NCBI GenBank assembly: GCA_024654565.1
Contig: JANLHM010000005.1
Span: forward strand, 223,647 to 247,646
DNA length: 24,000 nucleotides
Origin: Nanobdellota archaeon
GTDB lineage: Archaea > Nanobdellota > Nanobdellia > Pacearchaeales > GW2011-AR1
Direction: 5' to 3'
Below the pieces are notes generated by a model. That model was not told the DNA's origin. It made no database searches and was given only the letters and a program-made list of their open reading frames with translations. Position numbers and translations under genes: made by a program. Positions 1 to 8,203 of the stretch are shown one piece after another (position 1 is the first letter of the stretch; each line of letters begins with the position of its first letter).

Positions 1-3000
1 ATAAAAAGCGATATAATTAGTAAAGTGGGGGATGGAGAGAAAATAAATTCTGAATTCAATTTCCTTTTTAATGGACTTTCTGTTGATGCCACTGACGCTG
101 AAGCTAAGGAAATTGAAAAAATCAGGGGAGTAAAAAAGGCATGGCCGAATATGAAAGTTGAAGCAATGTTAATGGATTCTGTTCCTTTGATTCAGGGAGG
201 AATTCCTGCGGGAAATTTGGATCTTAACGGAAATAACTGCTTGGTTTCTGGACTGACTTGTCTTACAGGAGAGGGAGTAAAAATTGCAATAATTGATACG
301 GGTGTTGATTACACTCATCAAGATTTAGGGGGTTGTTTTGGTCAAGGGTGTAAGGTTATTGGGGGTTATGATTTTGTGAATAATGATGCTGATCCAATGG
401 ATGACATGGGTCATGGAACACATGTTGCTGCTACTGCTACTGGAAGTGGTGTTTTGAATGGTGTTGCTCCGGGTGCAAATATCTTAGCTTACAAAGTTTT
501 GGACAGTGACGGTTCTGGTTATGAAAGCGATATAATTGAAGGGATTGAGAGGGCAATTAGCGATGGTGCAGATATTATTAGTATGAGTTTGGGAGGTTAT
601 TTATGGTATCAAAATAATGAGTGGGGGCAATGTTACAATGAGGCTGGTTCATATGCTGTGGACAATGCTGTGGATTTTGGTATTAATGTAGTTGTTGCTG
701 CAGGAAACTCAGGATTTGGAGGCTCGAGTGGGTTCATGCCGGGATACAAGACAATTAATTTTCCTGGCTGTGCTAAAAAAGTTATTACTGTGGGTGCTTC
801 AACTAAAGAAGATGGAATGGCTTATTTTAGTTCTAAAGGTCCTATTAATGATTTTAGAATAAAACCGGACATTGTTGCACCCGGTTATTACATTTGTGCT
901 GCACAGCATGATGGTTGGCTAAATGATTCTCCTTGCTTAGATAGTGAACACATAAATATCTCAGGAACTTCAATGGCAACACCACATGTTGCTGGGGCCA
1001 TTGCTTTGTTAAAACAAAAAAATTCAGGTTGGACTCCTGATGAAATTAAGATGGCCCTGAAAAATACTGCTATCGATTTAGGAGAAGACATTTTCACGCA
1101 GGGATATGGAAGGATTGATATACAAAATTTAATTCGATCCCCTGAACTCCCAGTTGCAAGTCTTAATATTTCTGGAGTGTTAAGTGGGGTAGCAAATATA
1201 AAAGGAGAAATTTCTTCAAATAATTTTCAAAAGTATCGTTTAGAATATAGTGAGGGAATTGATTCAAACGAATGGAATTTATTCTTTGAGGCTCAATCAA
1301 TTCCGGCAAATGGAATTTTATACCGGTTAAATACGAATCATTTGGATGACGGTCCTTACATGATTAAATTAACAGTTATAAATGAAAATGGTGTTGTGGG
1401 TTTTGACAAATCTTTTATAATAATTTCAAATAATCCAAATGAAAAAATTAACTTAAATTGTTCTTCTTGTGGGGAATGTACTTTAAACTCATTGGTTTCT
1501 AATTCTTTAATAGTGGCTAATGAAGATCTGGAAATCTTATCTGAAGACACCCAAGTTTGTTTCACTTCTTTGAGTGACGATGTTTTATTTGATTGCAACA
1601 ATCATAAAATAATTACTAATCAAACTCCGAATTATTATGAAGGCCCTTTTGGAGCGTTAATAACGAGGGGAAAAAATGTTTCTATTCAAAATTGTTTTAT
1701 TGATGAGGGTCCTATCTTACACAATGGTGCGGGAATAACCATATTCGAAAGTTTAAATGGGAAAATCAAAAATAACACCATTGGTGATTCTTTTCATGGA
1801 ATTGAATTATTTAGGTCCATAAATTTTGAAGTTACTGAAAATAGAATAAGAGACCCTCTGGGGGATGGATCAATTTCAGTTTATGCAATATGCAAGGAGT
1901 ATTATAATCATTCAATTATAAATAACACTGTTCAAGGTTTCCCCTTTTATTATTTTTTTAATAAATCTAATGAAGAGATTGCGTTAAATTTAGTTGGCAC
2001 AGTTTCACTTGCATGGAATTCCAATTTGACCATAAAAAATAGCGTAATTAAAGGGGGGATAAACTTACAAAATAATTATAATACTAAAATTTTAAGAAAT
2101 ATGGTTGAAACTTATGAAAATGGATGGAATGGAATAATTCTGGGTAGAGAGTCTGGAGGATCATTTAATTATTATTGGTATCCTGAATGCGATAATAGGC
2201 TCAAGAATGAAAATATTTCAATTTTAAATAATACTTTGATTAATCAAGGGATAAAGATAGTTGAATATCATTCTGGAGATTCATTTGATGGAAGTCTTAT
2301 CAAAATTCAGGGAAATTCAATTTTAAATGCTAAAAATGGAATTGGGGTGTATACTCGTGCTAGTTCTGTTGTCACAACTGAGAATGATATAATCTCAGAA
2401 AATGCTATGTATAATGGCATGGATTTTTTTAATCTAAAAAATATAAAAGTAAATGTAAGCAATAATACTATTGTGGGATATAATGCTGGACTCAATGCTT
2501 ATGAAAGTGATAATATCTATTTTGTCAGTAATAAAATAAAAAATACTGTATGGCCAATTCATTATTATAATTCTAATAATACTAGTATTTTTGTAATGAG
2601 TCAAAATTCAATTCCAAATACATTTGGGAATTATAAAATTGCTATCTTTTCCGAATTTCCTCTTGAAATTTCTGATAAATATCAAGGAAATTACTGGGGA
2701 AGAACATCTGCTCCTTATTTCTGTGAGTATGGAAATCAAAATGCTAGTTGTATTGATAACTGGGATTCAAATAGACTAGATGCTATTGACTCTTGTCCTT
2801 ATGATCAGCCATATCTTCCTGGAGAATGGCCGGCATCTCCGGTTTGTCCAGATGGTACGGGGTCAAAAATCATAAACAACCAAAACGTATCAATAAATGG
2901 ACAACTTTCTATTTCTATTCAAAAAAAGGTTGGGTTGAATTGGACTTTTTATGAAAATGTTGTGAAGAATGAAAGTGTTGAACTTCCTCCTCGAGGGTTT

Positions 3001-3198
3001 TTTGATGTTCGTGGAGTATTTAATTCTCAAAATGTTTCAATAAATCAATCGGGAACTTACAGAGTTTATGGAGTTTTTGAGTATCGTTCCCTGAATTCAA
3101 ATGAGAATTTAGAGGGAATTATTCCTGCGCCAAAGACTGTTATTGCTTTTGAAGAATTCAATGTTGGATTTCAACAACCTATTTTCACTGATGAATAA
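1..3198 (+). CDS. Subtilisin-like (S8) serine protease with C-terminal right-handed beta-helix (NosD-like) region; 5' truncated by window edge
   Basis: Track ORF starts at a GTG (25), but the frame is open back to base 1, so the gene probably starts upstream. Asp (IAIIDTGVDYTHQDL), His (GHGTHVAATATGSG) and Ser (SGTSMATPHVAGA) motifs are all present. The C-terminal part has many short N-rich repeats such as NVSIQNCFID, GKIKNNTIGD, NSILNAKNGIGVY, typical of parallel beta-helix repeats. Confidence 0.9.
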   Translation: MKSDIISKVGDGEKINSEFNFLFNGLSVDATDAEAKEIEKIRGVKKAWPNMKVEAMLMDSVPLIQGGIPAGNLDLNGNNCLVSGLTCLTGEGVKIAIIDTGVDYTHQDLGGCFGQGCKVIGGYDFVNNDADPMDDMGHGTHVAATATGSGVLNGVAPGANILAYKVLDSDGSGYESDIIEGIERAISDGADIISMSLGGYLWYQNNEWGQCYNEAGSYAVDNAVDFGINVVVAAGNSGFGGSSGFMPGYKTINFPGCAKKVITVGASTKEDGMAYFSSKGPINDFRIKPDIVAPGYYICAAQHDGWLNDSPCLDSEHINISGTSMATPHVAGAIALLKQKNSGWTPDEIKMALKNTAIDLGEDIFTQGYGRIDIQNLIRSPELPVASLNISGVLSGVANIKGEISSNNFQKYRLEYSEGIDSNEWNLFFEAQSIPANGILYRLNTNHLDDGPYMIKLTVINENGVVGFDKSFIIISNNPNEKINLNCSSCGECTLNSLVSNSLIVANEDLEILSEDTQVCFTSLSDDVLFDCNNHKIITNQTPNYYEGPFGALITRGKNVSIQNCFIDEGPILHNGAGITIFESLNGKIKNNTIGDSFHGIELFRSINFEVTENRIRDPLGDGSISVYAICKEYYNHSIINNTVQGFPFYYFFNKSNEEIALNLVGTVSLAWNSNLTIKNSVIKGGINLQNNYNTKILRNMVETYENGWNGIILGRESGGSFNYYWYPECDNRLKNENISILNNTLINQGIKIVEYHSGDSFDGSLIKIQGNSILNAKNGIGVYTRASSVVTTENDIISENAMYNGMDFFNLKNIKVNVSNNTIVGYNAGLNAYESDNIYFVSNKIKNTVWPIHYYNSNNTSIFVMSQNSIPNTFGNYKIAIFSEFPLEISDKYQGNYWGRTSAPYFCEYGNQNASCIDNWDSNRLDAIDSCPYDQPYLPGEWPASPVCPDGTGSKIINNQNVSINGQLSISIQKKVGLNWTFYENVVKNESVELPPRGFFDVRGVFNSQNVSINQSGTYRVYGVFEYRSLNSNENLEGIIPAPKTVIAFEEFNVGFQQPIFTDE

Positions 3199-3201
3199 CT
3201 T

Positions 3202-3846
3202 TTAAGGGAATCTTTTTGGGAGCCAGGTATTTTTTTCATTAATTTTAGGAGCTTCTTTATTTTCTTTTTGAGATATTTCTTCTTTTTTTATTTCAGTTTT
3301 CATATTTATTATTTTTTCTTTTGTTCTTTCAAGTTCTTCAGGGGTTGATTTTTTTCTTTGTGAGTCAAGACTTTCATTTGTATAGACAGGGAGGACATTA
3401 ATTGCCTCATGCCCCATTATATTTGAATAAACAGTTTCTATTGTTTTTGGGTTAAACGCCCCTTCAATCTTTTCTTTTACTTCATCTGCAAGTTTTTTGA
3501 CTTCATCTGTAATTTTTTCTTTCGAAGTAATATGACTTTTTGGAATAATGAGAGTATGTCCTTCTGAAGCAGGATTGATGTCAAGTATCGCTATTGCTTC
3601 ATTATTTTCTCCTATTTTTGTTGAAGGGATGTCCCCAAACACAATTGAGCAGAAAATACATTGGTTTTTTTCAGAAGACCCTTCTTTTACTAATCCCTGC
3701 TCTTTTAAGAATTCAATAAATTCCTTGTCATCCATCTCATTTATGTTTTTAATGAGTTCTTCAGACTTTTCTTTATCATAGTTTTTTAAAATGTGTTCAA
3801 TTAATTTTGACTTTATATTTTCAAGATCTTCTTTTGTTTGTTCCAT
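3202..3846 (-). CDS. HIT (histidine triad)-like domain protein with alpha-helical N-terminal extension and degenerate triad
   Basis: CIFCSIVFGDIPSTKIGENNEAIAILDINPASEGHTLIIPKSH is a HIT N-terminal region. The region corresponding to HxHxHxxP reads HEAINVLP. Confidence 0.8.
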   Translation of the reverse strand: MEQTKEDLENIKSKLIEHILKNYDKEKSEELIKNINEMDDKEFIEFLKEQGLVKEGSSEKNQCIFCSIVFGDIPSTKIGENNEAIAILDINPASEGHTLIIPKSHITSKEKITDEVKKLADEVKEKIEGAFNPKTIETVYSNIMGHEAINVLPVYTNESLDSQRKKSTPEELERTKEKIINMKTEIKKEEISQKENKEAPKINEKNTWLPKRFP

Positions 3847-3878
3847 TTTTTAAAAAAGTTGGAAGGTTATATAAGTAT

Positions 3879-4151
3879 TTATGCAATTTTTCTCATGTCC
3901 ATTAATTGTGCGGAAGCAACTTCTTCAATCTTTTCAAATTCCTTCTCAAGTCCCTCAGTATTCTTGTCATCTGGATAGAAGAAAAAAACTACTAACGCTT
4001 TAAGTCCAAATGCAATTGGTTCAATAGAATACTCTTTATTTGTTCCTCCAAAGGATTCAACAATCTTTTTAGCTTCAACTTCAAGTTTTTCCATATCGAC
4101 TTCAGGAGAAGTTGGCATTAATTTATATTTTGCACCGTTTATTCCAGCCAT
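3879..4151 (-). CDS. ef1b: Translation elongation factor 1-beta (aEF-1beta)
   Basis: 90 aa; KYKLMPTSPEVDMEKLE...IEPIAFGLKALVVFFFYPD...GLEKEFEKIEEVASAQLMDMRK matches the archaeal EF1B guanine-exchange domain. Confidence 0.9.
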   Translation of the reverse strand: MAGINGAKYKLMPTSPEVDMEKLEVEAKKIVESFGGTNKEYSIEPIAFGLKALVVFFFYPDDKNTEGLEKEFEKIEEVASAQLMDMRKIA

Positions 4152-4310
4152 ATTTTAAAATAATTAAGGGGGTTTATAAAAGTTTCCCGGTTTAGACAAT
4201 TTCTCTAAACGTTATTTTGAAATTTACAAAATACTTAAAAAGAGAAGTAGTTTTTTTATAATATGAAAATAAAGTTTTTTTTGGTTTTAAGGGGGGAGGA
4301 ATTTTTGTAA

Positions 4311-5234
4311 ATGGACGGCAATTATGAAAAAATACTTTCAAAGTTATCGAATCTTTCTGGTGTAGAAGAGGGTGAAATAAACAGGCGTGTTGAAGCAAAG
4401 CGCTCTAAACTGTCAGGTCTTATCAGTAGGGAAGGGGCTTTACAAGTTATTGCAGCGGAGCTCGGGATTTCTTTTGAAAACGAAAAACTAAAAATTGAAG
4501 AACTCCTTCAAGGTATGAGAAAAGTTCACTTTACTGGGAAAGTTCTTTCAATTTCTCCCATAAGAACATTCACCACAAAAACTGGCGAAGAGGGAAAAGT
4601 GGTAAACATTGTTGTTGCAGATGAAACTTCAAATGTAAAACTCGTTTTATGGGATACTAATCACATAAAATTGATTGAAGATGGAGAAGTTGAAGAAGGA
4701 GTTTCAATTGAAGTTAAATCAGGGAATATGAGACAAGGAGAGGTTCATTTAGGAAGTTTTTCAGAGTTTAAGGTAAGCACTGAACTTTTTCCAGAAGTTA
4801 AAACAGAAAAGCCAATAAAAACAAAAGAGATAAGTGAATTTAATGTGGGCGAAAGGGTTAATGCAAGGGCGTATGTAGTCCAGGCATTCGTTCCTCGGTT
4901 TTTCAATGCAAATCTGGAGACAGGTAGAAAAGTAACTGACGAAGAAATTGCTTCAGGAGTACTTTTTGAAAAAAGGTCAGTTTTTAATATTGTAATTGAT
5001 GACGGAACAGAAAACACTCGAGCAGTTTTATTCCATGAAAATGTGAAAAAGTTAGGAATTACTGCTTATGAAGACGAGGTACTCCTCACAAAACAAAAAG
5101 ACGAACTCCTTGGAAAAGAATTTTTCTTTGAAGGAAATGTCCGAATGAATTCTTTTTCAAACACTCCAGAATTAATTGTTGACAAGGTTGCTGAAATTAA
5201 CCTTGGAAAGCTTATTGAGGAACTTGAGAGATAA
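4311..5234 (+). CDS. Replication protein A-like single-stranded DNA-binding protein with OB folds
   Basis: 307 aa with OB-fold signatures: FTGKVLSISPIRTFTTKTGEEGKVVNIVVADETSNVKLVLWD and ARAYVVQAF...RSVFNIVIDDGTENTRAVLF. Confidence 0.85.
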   Translation: MDGNYEKILSKLSNLSGVEEGEINRRVEAKRSKLSGLISREGALQVIAAELGISFENEKLKIEELLQGMRKVHFTGKVLSISPIRTFTTKTGEEGKVVNIVVADETSNVKLVLWDTNHIKLIEDGEVEEGVSIEVKSGNMRQGEVHLGSFSEFKVSTELFPEVKTEKPIKTKEISEFNVGERVNARAYVVQAFVPRFFNANLETGRKVTDEEIASGVLFEKRSVFNIVIDDGTENTRAVLFHENVKKLGITAYEDEVLLTKQKDELLGKEFFFEGNVRMNSFSNTPELIVDKVAEINLGKLIEELER

Positions 5235-5264
5235 ATATTTAAATATTTTTTTTCTTAAGTTGAT

Positions 5265-8135
5265 ATGAATTTAAAAAGAGAGGTGTTTCTTCTTTTGATT
5301 ATTTTGATTATCCCTCTTAGTTATGCAGGGTCTCTTTCGCCGGACTACAATTCTTTATTAGAAAAGCATATTGCCGAAAAATCAACCTATGATTTAATCT
5401 ATGGGAAAGGTGAAGTTTATCGCGTTAAGAATGTAACACTTTCTTTTATGGAGGACAAAACTTCTTTATTTTTATATAAAAATGAATTTATTTATGAGGG
5501 GGGAATTCCCGCTGTTTACACAAATGAACATGAATTTGGGGTGGAAATAGGAGTTTATGGAAAAACCGCAATTTCAGTTGAAAAAATAAAAGTTGTTCCT
5601 TTAACTTCTGAAACTTCTTACAGCTTTTCTTCTTTTAAGGGAGAACTTGATTTTTTGGAAGTTCTTTCAGGGGAAGTACAAGTTTTTTCTAATGGAAAAG
5701 ATCTTTTTAAATTGTCAAAAGAAAAATTAAAAATAAATAAAGAAAATTTTAAACTGTTTAAGTTTTCTGATGTGAAACTTGCTGTTTATGAGGGAGAGAG
5801 TTATGTCGGCATTGGAAACTCTCCTGGACTGTTTTTTATTGATGAAATGGATAAATTGTCCGAATTCTATGACGGAGGAACCTCTTTTTTAATAGACCAA
5901 CTGAATGCGGGGTATTTTTTAAAAAAAGGTGAATATAGTTCTGCAGTTAAAAATTATGAGGCAATAATAAAAAAGTATCCAAAAGAAAATTTGAGAGAAG
6001 TTTTAATTAAAAATTCTGAATCAAAAATAAAAAAGGAATTTTTTGAATCTGAAAAGTTAACTTCTGAAGGAAAATATTCCGAAGCCGTACAAAAATATAA
6101 ATCTCTTTTAATTTTGGCAAATGATCCTGAAATAAAATCTTTAGCAAACTTTTACATCGGATACAATTATATTTTAGATGAAGACCTTAACCAGGCTTTA
6201 ATTCACTTTAATAAGGTAGACAAAGAAAGCAGTGTTTTTTTGTCTTTTAACAGCATCCTTGACGAAGAATATTATCGCCTTATTAAAGAAGAAGGAGAAA
6301 GAATTGAAAAGATTTGTAATTTACTAAAGGACCGGAGAAGTAGCGTTGGTTTTTTAACCTCGATAAAAAACATTTGGGACAATTTGTTTGATCAGGAATT
6401 TTCAAAGCAAATTAAAAGGTTTGAAGACCAGCAGTGTTATGGAAGAGTAAAAGGACTAGAGCTTCTTTCAGAGAGAGTAGAAAGTTATGGCACTTTTGAG
6501 GAAGCGGTATTGAGTTTGCCTGAAGAGGGCTACCTCAAATCTTTTACAAAATCAAATCCCCTTGTTTTTTCTCTTTTGAAAATTGAAGAACTTGGGGGTT
6601 CTTTGACTGAAGAAGACATTTTCAAAATAAATGAAGAAGTGGCAAAGAAGTACGAACTTCAGGGGGATTATGAAGGGGCATATAAAGTTTATTCTCAAAT
6701 AGTTGAAGATTATAAAAGGGTGGAAACTTCATATGGATCATATTACTTTCTTCCCGACGGAAGTTTTTCTCTTTACCAATATATTGGAGATGAGGTTTAT
6801 TCAAAAGAGAATATTCCTGCTCCTTATGGGGTTACTGACATAAAATCTTTAGAGAAAGACCCCCTTTACAAATTGTTTTTACAAAAATCTGAGGAGAGAA
6901 TAAGACTTTCAAAAATAGATGGAGTAAATCCTTACTACTCTTATTACTCTTCTGCAAATCTTGGACTTTTAAAATCTGGAATAAAAGACTTTGGGAAGGA
7001 GGCGTTTAATTTTATTAATGACGAACTTGTAAGTGTGAAAGGAATCGCTGAACAGTTTCTTTTTATAAAAGTTCTTTCTGGAGGAAAACTTGGTTACAAT
7101 TCTTTTAAGAGGTTTTCACAGGACACCGGGGGAATGATAGTTGAATCAAGAACTGGTTTTGCAAAAGTTGGGGAGGCAGAACTTTTAGCGAATAAAAACT
7201 TTGGCGTTTCCCCTCCTGCGGGGATCTTTTCAAGTTCCTCTGATTTTTCAAAATCATGGGGTGATTTTAAAATTGGAGACTATGTTAAAATTAAGCGTTC
7301 AAATCCTGGGGATAATGATGTGGGGAAAATTGTTTCTTTCTCTGACGATTCTAAGGGTTTTAGGCAATTTAGAATACAAGTTTCTGATAACCAGGGAATT
7401 CCTGTGGGCCATAAAATGTTTTCAGAAAGGTCTTTAGTAGAGTTAAATAAATTTGTTGGAAAAATAACCTCGACAAGAGCTTCTTTTTCTTTTGAAAAAC
7501 TTAGAAAAAGACATGAATTTTCTTTTTCAAATTTTTTCAATTCGTTGATGAAAAAAAAGTCTTTAGTTACGGAGTATCAATATAGTTATGGGAATCGAAA
7601 GTTTGTTTTTGTTGAGGACAAAATAAATGACCAGGTTTACGCAGATTTGTTACGAGAATTTGATGAAATTTACCTCTCCAAAGGACACTCTGTAAAAACA
7701 ATTGATGCTTTTGCAAGAGGTATCTCAAAAAGAATGGGGGGATCAGACGATGCAGCAACTGATTGTTGGGAGCATTGGAGTAGTATCATTGGAAAACAAG
7801 AAAAAACATTAACTTATATATATTTTGGAGAGTTACTTGAGGGGGGAATAGGAGTTTGTAGACACAGGTCTGTGATTTTTGATGCAGTCTTAAAGAATTA
7901 TGGTTTTGAATCAAGATGGGTTGGAGGGTATATCTCTCGCGGAGATTCTGTGGGTCATGCATGGGTGGAAATTAAAATTGGAAATAAGTGGTTTGTAGTC
8001 GAACCTGCAGAGCGTATTTATCACTTAGATAAGAGGTTTTATCCAGATAGTTATATTTCTGGAGAAGGTCTATGGGAGCACAAAATCCTTTCAAAATATC
8101 TCCTGTCTTTAATTTTTGGAAAGTTTCTAAAATAA
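5265..8135 (+). CDS. Large exported protein with TPR-like repeats and C-terminal transglutaminase-like (papain-fold) domain
   Basis: N-terminal signal peptide-like MNLKREVFLLLIILIIPLSYAGS. TPR-like repeats such as FLKKGEYSSAVKNYEAIIKKYPKE and LTSEGKYSEAVQKYKSLLILAND. C-terminal GVCRHRSVIFDAVLKNYGFESRWVGGY...GHAWVEIKIGNKWFVVEPA gives the Cys, His and acidic positions of a transglutaminase core. Confidence 0.75.
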   Translation: MNLKREVFLLLIILIIPLSYAGSLSPDYNSLLEKHIAEKSTYDLIYGKGEVYRVKNVTLSFMEDKTSLFLYKNEFIYEGGIPAVYTNEHEFGVEIGVYGKTAISVEKIKVVPLTSETSYSFSSFKGELDFLEVLSGEVQVFSNGKDLFKLSKEKLKINKENFKLFKFSDVKLAVYEGESYVGIGNSPGLFFIDEMDKLSEFYDGGTSFLIDQLNAGYFLKKGEYSSAVKNYEAIIKKYPKENLREVLIKNSESKIKKEFFESEKLTSEGKYSEAVQKYKSLLILANDPEIKSLANFYIGYNYILDEDLNQALIHFNKVDKESSVFLSFNSILDEEYYRLIKEEGERIEKICNLLKDRRSSVGFLTSIKNIWDNLFDQEFSKQIKRFEDQQCYGRVKGLELLSERVESYGTFEEAVLSLPEEGYLKSFTKSNPLVFSLLKIEELGGSLTEEDIFKINEEVAKKYELQGDYEGAYKVYSQIVEDYKRVETSYGSYYFLPDGSFSLYQYIGDEVYSKENIPAPYGVTDIKSLEKDPLYKLFLQKSEERIRLSKIDGVNPYYSYYSSANLGLLKSGIKDFGKEAFNFINDELVSVKGIAEQFLFIKVLSGGKLGYNSFKRFSQDTGGMIVESRTGFAKVGEAELLANKNFGVSPPAGIFSSSSDFSKSWGDFKIGDYVKIKRSNPGDNDVGKIVSFSDDSKGFRQFRIQVSDNQGIPVGHKMFSERSLVELNKFVGKITSTRASFSFEKLRKRHEFSFSNFFNSLMKKKSLVTEYQYSYGNRKFVFVEDKINDQVYADLLREFDEIYLSKGHSVKTIDAFARGISKRMGGSDDAATDCWEHWSSIIGKQEKTLTYIYFGELLEGGIGVCRHRSVIFDAVLKNYGFESRWVGGYISRGDSVGHAWVEIKIGNKWFVVEPAERIYHLDKRFYPDSYISGEGLWEHKILSKYLLSLIFGKFLK

Positions 8136-8203
8136 AAGTTTGTTTTAGGAACTATATTCTAAATTGTTATAAAGCTTATAAATAAAACTCTTTTCTCTTT
8201 TTT

